NCBI GenBank assembly: GCA_002269645.1
Contig: NIVC01001715.1
Coordinates: 1 to 64,000 of the forward strand
DNA length: 64,000 bases
Direction of reading: 5' to 3'
From: Macrostomum lignano
Lineage: Eukaryota
A program made the translations under genes and the position numbers. The notes beneath the pieces are model-generated. The model was not told where the DNA came from. It ran no database searches and was given only the letters and a program-made list of their open reading frames with translations. This document shows positions 1 to 16,747 of this stretch, piece after piece (position 1 is the stretch's first letter; each line of letters opens with the position of its first letter).

Positions 1-459
1 CAGGTAAAAAAGCATCAATTAGTCCAAGTTAATCTGCTATCTATACAAAGATGAACCCGGTCAGTTGGCGAACTCAGAACTTACATATACTCAATTCAGG
101 TATTTCTCTACAGTCTAGAGTCTGAGTATGCTGATTAAAATTGTTTGCATTTTGCCGGAAAGAAATTACGCCAAATCTACCCCAGTGTGCAGGCATCGCC
201 AAGTAGTTAAATTCAACAAGCGAGAGGAGTCGGACAATTTTTACCTTGAATAATATTGGTTAAAAGTAAACGCGTTCGCGATTAAATAGCGTCGGAAAAT
301 TAATTCATTCAGTTTGGCAAAATTAGAAATTGATCAATTTAACAAAGAAAACCGCTTTTTTAGTAAGCAAAAAGTGTAAAAAGTAATTTGTGTAGCCAAA
401 AATTTCTAGTAAAAAATGAGCAGGTAAAACGGCAAACTGGATTACTTCTGAAACAGCTA

Positions 460-2044
460 CAAGCGTAGGAACGGGGGACAGTGGGGCTATGGCCCCCCAC
501 TTTTTAAAATGTTTAAACGTAAAATGTAGACTTTTTGTTTATTTTTGTTTTTTGCTGCTTTGCATGAATGCATTTTGCTGCAGGGCGACAAAACATAGCA
601 CCTGCGGCGCTAAAATGAGTGCCTGCGGCGCTAAAATGAGTGCCTGCGGCGCTAAAATGAGTGCCTGCGGCGCTAAAATGAGTGCCTGCGGTGCTTAAAT
701 GAGTGCCTGCGGCGCTAAAATGAGTGCCTGCGGTGCTAAAATGAGTGTCTGTGGCGCTAAAATGAGTGCCTGCGGTGCTTAAATGAGTGCCTGTGACGCT
801 AAAATGAGTGCCTGCGGCGCTAAAATGAGTGCCTGCGGCGCTAAAATGAGTGCCTGCGGCGCTAAAATGAGTGCCTGTGGTGCTAAAATGAGTGCCTGCG
901 GCGCTAAAATGAGTGTCTGTGGTGCTAAAATGAGTGTCTGTGGCGCTAAAATGAGTGTCTGTGGCGCTAAAATGAGTGCCTGCGGCGCTAAAATGAGTGC
1001 CTGCGGTGCTTAAATGAGTGCCTGTGGCGCTAAAATGAGTGCCTGCGGCGCTAAAATGAGTGCCTGCGGCGCTAAAATGAGTGCCTGTGGTGCTAAAATG
1101 AGTGCCTGCGGCGCTAAAATGAGTGTCTGTGGCGCTAATATGAGTGTCTGTGGCGCTAAAATGAGTGCCTGCGGCGCTAAAATGAGTGCCTGCGGCGCTA
1201 AAATGAGTGCCTGCGGCGCTAAAATGAGTGCCTGCGGTGCTTAAATGAGTGCCTGCGGCGCTAAAATGAGTGTCTGTGGTGCTAAAATGAGTGTCTGTGG
1301 CGCTAAAATGAGTGTCTGTGGCGCTAAAATGAGTGCCTGCGGCGCTAAAATGAGTGCCTGCGGTGCTTAAATGAGTGCCTGTGGCGCTAAAATGAGTGCC
1401 TGCGGCGCTAAAATGAGTGCCTGCGGCGCTAAAATGAGTGCCTGTGGTGCTAAAATGAGTGCCTGCGGCGCTAAAATGAGTGCCTGCGGCGCTAAAATGA
1501 GTGCCTGCGGCGCTAAAATGAGCACCTGCGGCGCTAAAATGAGTGCCCGCGGTGCTAAAATGAGTGCCTGCGGCGCTAAAATGAGTGCCTGCGGCGCTAA
1601 AATGAGTGCCTGTGGTGCTAAAATGAGTGCCTGCGGCGCTAAAATGAGTGTCTGTGGCGCTAAAATGAGTGTCTGTGGCGCTAAAATGAGTGTCTGTGGC
1701 GCTAAAATGAGTGTCTGTGGCGCTAAAATGAGTGTCTGTGGCGCTAAAATGAGCACCTGCGGCGCTTTATAAAATGAGTGCTGACAAGACGGATTCTGAA
1801 AATAATCGGTACATGATAATGTGCATTTTCCATATATAAAAAATCTAACTCGACAGGGGCGTGCGGCGCTAAAATGTTAGATTTATGTTAGAAATGTTAG
1901 ACATTTATGTTAGAAATGTTAAATGTCAATAATTTCAATGTTAGAGATTTCATATTTGAAATCTACGAGTGCCCTGTGCGCACCCCCCAAATCCGCCACT
2001 GAACCTGCCCCCCCCCCACTTTTTGAAACGTTCCTACGCCTATG
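460..2044. mobile_element. Non-autonomous TIR DNA element with 10-bp target-site duplication (MULE-like TSD length), carrying a 21-bp minisatellite
   Basis: The left end caagcgtaggaacg (460-473) is an imperfect inverted repeat of the right end cgttcctacgcctatg (2029-2044). Direct repeat gaaacagcta flanks it at 450-459 and 2045-2054. No transposase ORF. Confidence 0.65.
600..1766. repeat. 21-bp minisatellite (cctgcggcgctaaaatgagtg)n, ~55 copies
   Basis: Directly visible. Explains the SACGAKM and LILAPQA ORFs. A variant unit (gcttaaatg) recurs, twice at 231-bp spacing. Confidence 0.97.
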
Positions 2045-2191
2045 GAAACAGCTAAAAAATGGGTTAAGGAAGTATCACGCTGCCAAGTGTTAAAATTTGA
2101 GAATTGGCACAGCAGAAAAATACAGACATTTTTGCAAACAAAAATTAATTGGCCACTAAAAAAACTCGAAGAGCAACAATAAGAAGGGTTG

Positions 2192-5100
2192 CTAGCGCCA
2201 CATGGTCTGCAGTCGCAGAGCCTGTCTCCATCTGGTCTGGGCGAGACTGGGCCTTGGCAGCCTTGTCCTCGGCAAATTGCCTAACAGAGTGTTGGCTGTG
2301 ATGGCTCTCGGCGGGTCGCTGTCGCTGTCGCTGTCACCTTCGCTGCCGCGGTCGCTACCCGCCGGTTGCTGCTTCAGCTTTGTCAACTCGGACTCGACAA
2401 TTTTTCTCATCTTCATCAGCATCTTCTCGGCTTCGGTCTCCTGTTTCGGCAGACTCTGCTGCATCAGCCTCAGCCGGTTATTGCGCAGGCTGAGCGCTTG
2501 GAACAGCAGAAACTGCAGCACGACGCGGCGGCTAAAAACGGTCTCGACTTCGTTGACACAGCTGCAGAGGACGCATCTGGAATGCTGAGTCAGTCTCCGG
2601 AGAAGCCTGAGCAGCTTGTAGAATAGATCGAACACGTTGAGTGGCGGCGGAAGACTCGAACGAGTCTGGAACTCCATAACGAGATCGTGGCGTTCGAACT
2701 GCCACAGATCGGTGCTGCGCGAGTCGATGGTCTCGATTGTCTTGCTGAACATGGCGATGATGAGATTCAGCAGCAAGATCTCCGTGACGATCACGTAGAG
2801 AGGCAGGATCAGGTAGGGCACCAGGTACCTGTTAGCAGGATTTTAGAATATTGGGTAAATAATCCTTAAACTAAACTCTGAAAATTCTAAATATCCAGTG
2901 CCACCAACTCACCGTCCGATTTTGTGCGGACAGTTGCCTTCATTTAGAGTATAATTTTGGTACACATTTTCGCACGAATCGTCCCCAATAATGGTATCCA
3001 GACTGTACTCCCCAACCATGCTGTAGAAGCAGATCTTGAGCATGCCCAGCAGCACGTGAGTACTGCTGATACGAGCCGAGTTCCAGGCCTTGTACCCGTT
3101 GGGGTACAGCAAGCTGTGCATCAGCACCCCGAATCCCAGGATGAAGATGAACAGAATCAATAGAAATGGCAGCAGATCCTTGGTGATCATCTGGGCGATC
3201 ATTCTTAGCTTGGGCCCGAGATTCTCCAGCACATTCGAAATGTACAGCAGCCGAATCCAGTAGAGGGTGCAGCAGATGCCTGCAAGAAACAATTAGCAGT
3301 TTCCTTTATATACTACTTATAAATAGAACGTTTTTTATCAGTAGTGAAATCAATTCATCTTTGTGGAGGTAGACATTGGTAGATTGTGTTTAATGGTTTT
3401 TTGAGTTTAACAATGGTAGATTGTGTCTATGGTTCTGTAGTCAGACAATGGTAGATTAAGTCTATGCTTTTGGATATAGAAAATGGTAGATTGTGTCTAT
3501 AGTTTTGGAGGTAGACAATGGTAGATTGTGTCTATGATTTTGGAGGTAGACAATGGTAGATTGTGTCTATAGTTTTGGAGGTAGACAATGGTAGATTGTG
3601 TCTATAGTTTTGGAGGTAGACAATGGTAGATTGTGTCTATGGTTTTGGAGGTAGACAATGGTAGATTGTGTCTATAGTTTTGGAGGTAGACAATGGTAGA
3701 TTGTGTCTATAGTTAAGAGTCAAACAATGATTGATTTTCTTACTAAGAAAAATTCTGGCTGAATACCAAGCCGAGTCCTCGAAGTCTCGCATCATGTCGG
3801 ACCACTCGGAGTTGTGCTTGATCTCTACCAGGCGAATCACAAAACCCGTCGCACCTGACAGCAGGGCTGACAAATCAATCACGTTCCACTTACTATTGAA
3901 GTAGCTTTGAATGTCATTATGGACGATGTACTGCACCATTTCGCCCATCTCTTCCAGAAACAAGCCGCCAAGAATTAGGTAGACAATAATTTCAATGTTA
4001 GAGATTTCATATTTGAAATCTACGAGCAGGAAGTAGGACATCAGTCCGAGCAGTACAATATGCGAAGCGACGTGGTACCGAAACTTCACACCCGGCGTAC
4101 GATAGAAATTGATTAAAAGTTTGCTGAAGTGGCAAAAATAGTTTGATTCCGAATAGTTTAGCGTGCTCTGAGACTGGCAGTCTTGCTCATCGTGCCCAAA
4201 GTCCACAAGAGGAACTTGGTTGTCATTTTCTGCACCTGATGGTCTCATCAGGCTCGACCGCCTCCTGTGCGGTAAATAATTGCCAAACTGCTTCAACTCA
4301 ACGCTTGGCCTAATCAGATTCTCTCCGTCGGTGCTGTCGGCAGTTTTGTCCGGTTCGACCGATTCTAAGGGCAGCAAGTGGAACTTGGCCGACTTCTGAG
4401 CTGACTGACGGTCGCTGATGTACGGCCGCTCTTCGTGCTTCTGTCTCGCTACGACCTCTTTGCTATCGAAGTAGGACAGCAGAATGGGCACAAAGATGTT
4501 CATCGGAATGGCGCCCATCCAGATCACGACTTCTCGAGTGACCGGACTCAGGTAGAGCAAGGAATCGAACCACAACTTGTCCAGAGCGTGTTGGCACAGC
4601 TCGCTCTGTAGGAACACTGCGCAACCGTTGGAAGCCGCCAGCCGAACGCACGAGACGCCGCCATAAGATTCCATCGGCCGCAGTAAGTAATCCAGACTGA
4701 CAGTCCGGTTGTAGGAGGTGTCAATTGTGTACGCCTTCTCTACCACTTTGCGAGCAAATCTTTCGCAGGTCAGCGCCATGTCTTCGACGTCCTCCTCATC
4801 AACCACAATGTCCTGGTTAGCCGGGAAAGTTCGCAGCACGCCGGCGCAGAACAGCGATAGCGGTACAACATCGAATTTTTCCTGCTGCAATAGCAGTTCA
4901 GTAAGGCACAATCGGCCGGACAGAATCGACCACACGGGCAGAGTTCGAAAAGGATTTCGCATGTACGGACTGTCCGGGTTTGTTTCTTCGCAGTCTCCCT
5001 TCAGCCTGTAGCAGGACAACAGGTCGCCATAATATTCGGCCAATTTTTTATGATCAACAGCCTCATTTTCAACAAAGTTCGTCCGAAAATGCTTAATAAT

Positions 5101-6798
5101 ACCGTTCACCTCTCTCTCGGGGGCTTGCAGATAGAGCGAGTCGAGGTTTTTCTCTATCAATACGGAAACTTCAGACCAGAGCACCCCGCACGTCATGATC
5201 CGTTCTAGGAGCATAGCATCCTCTCTGAACAGTACGTAGTGCACGATGTTTTCAACAATTTTAATGAGCACATCATCGTTATCAGCCTCGTGAATGATGT
5301 CGTGAATGTCTTCAGTCTGCAGCAGCTGCAGGATGACCTCGGTGAACTCGATCAAGTCAATCCGATCGTCGTCTCGCAACTTTTCACACAGGAGTTGCCT
5401 CTCGTCCGCGCTAATCTCCTTCATGTTGATGATGCAGGCTCGAAACTCGTTGTCCACGTTTGCTAGAAAGTCCAAATACTGGCCAAACTGCTGATTGAAC
5501 GACAACTCCTTAAAACACTGGGCTCTCACGCCTTTCATTTTGATCACAGTATAGTAGTAAATGAAGTCGTTGAGCATCATGTGGTTGTTGAGCTCCAGAA
5601 TGATGTCGATAACCGTCTTACCATTGTCAGCTGGTATGTCGACCAAAGCACCCGTGCACTTGGCGGTGAGGAGCAGCCGTACAATCTCTCGGTTCTGGTT
5701 GAGCACAGCAATGTGCAGGGCGGTTTTGCCTTCAAATCCTTGCATATTCAGCACCGGTTCCGTGATGTGCGGCATCAGTATTTTCACAACAACTAGCGAG
5801 TCTTCAAGGCACGCTCTGTGCAGAGGCGAGTTGCCCTGCGCGTCAACAACGTTTAGACTGGCTCTGCAATGATCTGGGAAATGGACAAGCGGGAAGTTGT
5901 AGAAATTTCCGATTATAATGCTGGGAAATAGCCACTGTACAGGTACAGAGTAAGAGTACTGATTCAAAATACTAGTATATTATGTTCTTTTAAACATATA
6001 TACCGGTACAGTAGGTACAGTATGAGCGTAATAAATCAGAGTTCAAGTAAGTGTCGCTTCTGGAACGGAAACTTGAAAGATTACTAAACAACACTTACCC
6101 AGCAGAGTGTTAAGCAGTTTTGTATCAGCGATTGAGCAGGCCTGGTGCAGCGGAGTGTCCGACTGTCCTCTGCCGGACAGTGACGGCAGTGGCAAATCCG
6201 CTGAGGCTCCCAGTTCTATTAGCTTTGTGAGCGCGTCAAGCTGGCGCTTCTTAACGGCGTAGTGGAACGGCACCAAGCCGTCTTTGTTCCTCCGATCAAA
6301 ATCGTAGGCCAAGCTCTCGTGCAGCCTGTCCAGCAACAGACAGTTGCCTTTCTCGGCGGCCAAGTCGCCAACAGTGCGGTTTCCAACTATGCTGGAATAG
6401 GTGCCGCGCAGCTTGAGGTGCTCAATCAGCCGGTCAAACTTCGACTCGTCGATTAGTCGCTTGAGCAAACTATCAGTCACAGGCAGCGAAGTTCCCTGCT
6501 GACTGTCAATGCTTGGCCGAGCCTGAGGCGACATCGACGCCGGTGAGGTTGGCGACGATGGAGCGTCGGCCACTGCAGACTCTCGTGCCAAAGGTTGCTC
6601 CGCCCTCAACGTCGTGAGCTCTCGGAGCCGACTCTTCGAACTGGTACTGGATATCGCTGTCTCCAGCACCTGGTCATTCCGGCTGCCCACTTCTCTACTT
6701 CTAAACAGCTGCTGCGACTGCTCCTGACGGCGCGCCTGAACAACTTGACGACGATTTCTCTGGTCGTCGCTACGCACGTGAAAATCGATGGTTTGCAT
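2192..6798 (-). CDS. TRPM: TRPM-family cation channel with N-terminal ankyrin repeats, ~1277 aa, 4 exons
   Basis: Exons 6798-6099, 5873-3744, 3279-2913 and 2828-2192 have GT-AG sites and matching phases (1,1,2), total 3834 nt. Motifs: ankyrin repeats (DGLVPFHYAV, DTPLHQAC, GNSPLHRAC, GKTALHIAV); MHR4-like PVWSILSGRL and GGVSCVRLAA..CQHALDKLW; S1 FYRTPGVKF; S4-S5 LGPKLRMIAQMITKD; S6 LLLNLIIAMF; TRPM-type TRP box LWQFERHDLVMEFQTRSSLPPPLNVF. Confidence 0.9.
3365..3715. repeat. 35-bp minisatellite (tggaggtagacaatggtagattgtgtctatagttt)n in TRPM intron 2
   Basis: About 10 units, degenerate at the left end. Each unit has a tagaca...tgtcta inverted repeat. Confidence 0.9.
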
Positions 6799-8203
6799 AA
6801 TATTGTTGCTTATTTCTGTGCTTGTAAAAATGGTTAAAACAGTCGGCTGCGTTTACAATTTCATCGCGCATTCGAAATGTCTTAAATAGGGTAGCGAGGC
6901 TAGCAAAACTGGAGAAAGAAAAAGCCATCATCACAGAGCGTTGGATGGTCATTGTACGAGCTACATTGCCCACTACTCTTACCTTAAACCCCTATTTATC
7001 TCTGCCCCTGTGCGAGTTTACCTGTGCCAGAGGTGCACACAGAAACTGTACACAAGGCTTCGCAGCCACAGCTACATGAAGCTAAACAGACAGACAAAAA
7101 GCTTCATGTGGCGTCGAAGAGACTTCAATAACCGATGGTTGCTCGCATCTGCATATATTTCAGACCATAATTTTACAATCGCTACGAAGTTGCTCACTGC
7201 ATGCAGCGTTGGCGATATGCTTTAAAATGGCTGCCTCCTACACTATGGTCTGTGACCATATGAAGCCTTTTAATGGATTGTAAATCTTTAAAAATGCTTA
7301 GAGCGCAATAAAACTGAAAAAAAGAAAACTTCGCGATGCGAGCTCTGTTTCAATTCAAACAAAAGATTTATGTCATAAAACTTCGTTCCACTTAATAGCG
7401 TTGATGTTGAGTGCGATGAGGGCTTAATAGCGCTCACTTGCTATTGTGGGTTGGTAACCAATAAAGAGACTTATTGTAATGTTCCAGCTTGCATTTGCTA
7501 TTCAAAAGTTTTTTGTCATCTATATGCCGAGCTAAATAGATTTTACTAAATTCATTACAACCCCTGCTCACCTAAATCATCCGAATAATCAGTTTAATAA
7601 AATAACACGTTTCGTTTCCGTTTTATCTGGACAGGAAAGTTGTTTATTATTTAATTAAAAGATTCATAATTTAAACGACAGAACATCGTTGTATTTCAGA
7701 GCATTATATCGATTTTAGATTTGGGCAAGCGAAAAACAGTTTACGGTCAAGAGTAGCAGATGGAAAAAGTTTTCCTAGATATCACTTCAGTCTCTCTTTC
7801 GAAACTTAAGCTGGCATCCTCTGTGTGAAGTTTTTTAGATTGACAGCAGTTACTGCATACAAAATAAATATGACATTTTGACGGATAGAACTGACGCAGA
7901 CAAACAGACAGAAAAGCAAGCAGATGTCACATCAAAAGAGTTCAAGTTTGACACAGTCTGCACCCTATGCGCCCAGGGGAATGCGTAGATATCAGTTGCA
8001 TATCGAATCAAAAGACCGATCAGGCGATTTTCATGCGCAAAAACTAAAAATGTAGCGTCTTCTCGCAGCGCTCAATCCCGAGATTTTGTTACAACATTTA
8101 GTCTAGTTAACGCTGGTTTTGTTAGTAGCAGAAATATAGGCTGATTTTAAAAAGCAAAAGCATAAGCATAAAAAGCAAAAGGAAAAAAGATTAAAACTGT
8201 CGT

Positions 8204-8522
<319 letters not shown>

Positions 8523-8549
8523 AGGCAGAAAAATGAACAGCACAGACTG

Positions 8550-10847
<2,298 letters not shown>

Positions 10848-11279
10848 GTTAGAAAATGTTTGAAGAAAGCCTGGGCAGTCGATGCAAATTTTAAGAGTAA
10901 GCCTAGAAATTTGCCAACTTAATGCAAATTTTATTTCTATTTATTCCCTTTAGTCGATAATTTCCATTTAGTTCCATCGTTTATTCAATGAGAGACTTTA
11001 TGACAGACAGGGGTCAAGTTTTAATGAGCATTTTTTAATCTCATAATTGCAGCTCATGGCCTCCGCCTCCGTTAACCCACTAACCGCTTGTTAGAGCTGA
11101 CAAAAATGCATTAGTTTGCCTGCAGCAACGAATGAAGTTTTGAGCGTTGCCGTTTAATGGGGGCCCGTGGAATCCATCAGCAGCATTTCATCATTCTATT
11201 GGATCTGATAACAGCGATGCAGGATGAAATATTTGCAACATCATGAGCATTGCTAGCGAGCAAACGGAATCTACGGTGG

Positions 11280-12495
11280 GACAATCTACCATTATCTAAG
11301 CCTAAAACTGTGACAACCTACCATTATCTAAGCCTAAAACTGTGGTAGGTAGGTAGGTAGGTAGATAGGTAGGTAGGTAGGTGGGTAGGTAGGTGGGTAG
11401 GTAGGTAGGTAGGTAGGTAGGTAGGTAGGTAGGTAGGTAGGTAGGTAGGTAGGTGGGTAGGTAGGTAGAGAGCTCTTACCATAAAAAGTAAGCAGCAGCT
11501 ATAGTAGCACTTTGGGAATTTTGAGAAGTATTTTGTTGCAGATATTGCACATAGGCTAAGCAAAGCGAAAACGCTGACCGCGTTTGAATAGAGTGTTAAT
11601 AAAATATAGAGACCAATGGTCATGGAAACTTGCCAATAATTGTTTTTCAGCAAAGATATTTTTCTAGCACTATCCCATCATTTTTATTTTGGTGGATTTA
11701 TAGCTGTCATCCGCAAATTTTAATTAGCATTTTTCCATTTTTCCAACCTACCATAATCTAAGCCTAAAACTGTGACAACCTACCATTATCCAAGCTTAAA
11801 ACCGTGTGACAATCTACCAAAATCTAAGCCTAAAACCGTGTGACAATCTACCATTATCTAAGCCTAAAACCGTGTGACAATCTACCAAAATCTAAGCCTA
11901 AAACCGTGTGACAATCTACCATTATCTAAGCCTAAATCATGTGACAATCTACCATTATCTAAGCCTAAAACCGTGTGACAATCTACCAATATCTAAGCCT
12001 AAAACCGTGTGACAATCTACCATTATCTAAGCCTAAAACCGTGTGACAATCTACCATTATCTAAGCCTAAAACAGTGTGACAATCTACCAATATCTAAGC
12101 CTAAATCATGTGACAATCTATCATTATTTCAGCCTAAATCATGTGACAATCTACCAATATCTAAGCCTAAATCATGTGACAATCTATCATTATCTAAGCC
12201 TAAATCATGTGACAATCTACCAATATCTAAGCCTAAATCATGTGACAATCTACCAATATCTAAGCCTAAATCATGTGACAATCTACCATTATCTAAGCCT
12301 AAAACAGTGTGACAATCTACCAATATCTAAGCCTAAATCATGTGACAATCTATCATTATCTAAGCCTAAATCATGTGACAATCTACCAATATCTAAGCCT
12401 AAATCATGTGACAATCTATCATTATCTAAGCCTAAATCATGTGACAATCTACCAATATCTAAGCCTAAATCATGTGACAATCTATCATTATTTCA
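11280..12495. repeat. 32-34-bp minisatellite (tgtgacaatctaccattatctaagcctaaaa..)n interrupted by (GGTA)n and a captured exon/promoter; duplicate at ~17180-18400
   Basis: Directly visible arrays at 11280-11343 and 11745-12495. Confidence 0.92.
11480..11552 (-). pseudogene. Orphan copy-4-type first (signal-peptide) exon with lost ATG and in-frame TAG; second copy at 17584-17656
   Basis: Near-identical to 27991-28063, but the Met codon is ATT and the Trp codon is TAG (11499-11501; 17603-17605). The TATG|GTAAG donor is intact. Confidence 0.75.
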
Positions 12496-14112
12496 GCCTA
12501 AACCCACGCAACAATCTAACCAATAAAAGCAGTTAATTTTAGACAGAATGCTCTGCAGCTGTGCCTCTTTCAAGCGTTAAAGAAGAAGGGACAGCTTGGC
12601 TGAAGCACCAACTGCTATAATTACTTGCTGACGGATGACGATGTGATGTTAGAGCCATTTAGCCATTTTTATGACAGCTGCGAGGCCAGGTTTTAATGAG
12701 CTGCTCAAATCCTCCAATGCGGCAATTCAGCAAGCTCTCTGGATCTCTCTACCTGAGTTGGTCAGTCACATGATCTGCTGTAAAATTTGGCAATAGTGCT
12801 TTTAGTGTGAAACTGCAGTGGATTCCAGTGGCCCCACTCGTTTATATATAGAGAATTACATATAGCCATTATTGCCACGATTAATGTTTACCAACTTCCT
12901 TGGGACGGTTAATTTGCAGCGTGACATCTCAAATAAATGAATAAGTAAGAGTTGTTCATAGTAGAAAAAAAGTATAAAATAGAAAACAGAGTATCAACAC
13001 AAAAGTTTCCAAGCGTTTCACACTCTGAGGTACAGCTTCAGGTTTACTTTTTTTCTGAAAAGAGAACAGAACAGACAAACAAACCATGTGATAACAGTAG
13101 AACTACCAAATGAATGCCTCTGCCAATTGTTTTCTGGGCCGAAAGACGGAAATTGTCGCGCACCTTCTCAAGCAACAATCAAATCGCAAGCCCTCCGGAC
13201 CGTCGGGATATTCAACAATTCCTCCCGAAGGTCAGATTTTTCCCACAAGCGCTAGTGTATTCAATACACCCCTGTGCGACGATCAGCACCGCCTTGTCAA
13301 GCCTTCTAATTCACCAGAACGTCGATCACAAGTGTCTGCATCGGTAGGATGAATGATAGATTGGGCGTTTGAACTGGAACGGAATTTAATCGGCTGTAGG
13401 AAGGCAAAAGTTCTCTACAAGAATTGCACTTTTTCAATTCTGATAATTCAGTGAGATGGTGGGCTGCACGCACAGATAAAAAGCTTAATTAGAAAAAGTT
13501 TTAAACAGTTTAAGGAATCCAATACAAGAACACTGACAACAAAAGAAGCAAAATAGGCCATCCAAAAGTTATAATTTGTGTTAAGATCAGGTGTGAGTTA
13601 TAATCCAACAAAGTTATACATATTTCTAAATATCATGACCATTTGAGCTGGGGATAGACTTTTTCACGCTGCCATCAAACAATGCCATTTCTAGTCGATA
13701 CCACAGCTTTTGCATTTTCCCTCGTTGCTTTGTAGCATCAGCTGTGTGACCTGATGGCCCACTTGTTGATACGAGGGGTGCTTATTAAGTTCTCGGAAAA
13801 TGCAGCTTAAAAATGCGCAATTCAAAATCTGAAGAGGAAGCGCTTCGACTCAAGAGTGGAGCTGGTTGTTGCGCCGCAAGCTGAGCTGGACAGCTTCATC
13901 AAAGCTGATCTCAGGGTTGCTTTGACGCATGGTTCCAGCGCCTGCAAAAGTGCTCCGATTCGGGTGGAAATTATGTTGAGAAGTGTTACTAGACTGCGGT
14001 TGCTGCAGGTAAAATTTCTCACAGACGCAACCATCAGAACTGAACTCTTCCGGGAACTTAATAAGCAACCCATCGAAAAAAAATGAAACTGTTGCAATAG
14101 AGAACTCAAGCT

Positions 14113-14722
14113 AGACAGGACAGGACAAAAATCAAGTTGGACAGGACAACAATCAAGTTGGACAGGACAAAAATCAAGTTGGACAGGACAACAATCAAGT
14201 TAGACAGGACAACAATCAAGTTGGACAGGACAACAATCAAATTAGACAGGACAACAATCAAGTTAGACAGGACAACAATCAAGTTAGATAGGACAACAAT
14301 CAAGTTAGACAGGACAACAATCAAGTTAGACAGGACAACAATCAAGTTAGACAGGACAACAAGCAAGTTAGACAGGACAACAATCAAGTTAGACAGGACA
14401 ACAATCAAGTTGGACAGGACAAAAATCAAGTTGGACAGGACAACAATCAAGTTAGACAGGACAACAATCAAGTTAGACAGGACAACAATCAAGTTGGACA
14501 GGACAACAATCAAATTAGACAGGACAACAATCAAGTTAGACAGGACAACAATCAAGTTAGATAGGACAACAATCAAGTTAGACAGGACAACAATCAAGTT
14601 AGACAGGACAACAATCAAGTTAAACAGGACAACAATCAAGTTAAACAGGACAACAGTCAAGTTAGACAGGACAACAATCAAGTTAGACAGGACAACAATC
14701 AAGTTAAACAGGGCAACAATCA
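14113..14722. repeat. 18-bp minisatellite (gacaggacaacaatcaagtta-like)n downstream of paralogue 2
   Basis: Directly visible. Homologous arrays lie at ~19995-20260 and ~25016-25590, downstream of paralogues 3 and 4. Confidence 0.95.
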
Positions 14723-14793
14723 AGACTTTGACGCGGCAACCATAAAGTTGGAGAAACACTCATGCTTAAACAGAGAAGAGGAAATTGTCCGCA

Positions 14794-16747
<1,954 letters not shown>

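Noticed and set aside
489-1772. SACGAKM / LILAPQA repeat ORFs
   Set aside because: 21-bp minisatellite inside a TE; recurrent TAA variants break the frame.
11324-11653. Long hydrophobic frame MLKNNYWQVSM... as the first exon of paralogue 1
   Set aside because: It would end in phase 0, but exon 2 needs phase 1; the true signal exon is 10808-10847.
13822-14109. 76-95-aa ORFs duplicated at 19716-20003 (VELVVAPQAELDSFIK...)
   Set aside because: No recognisable domain or splice partners; their conservation is explained by the recent duplication.
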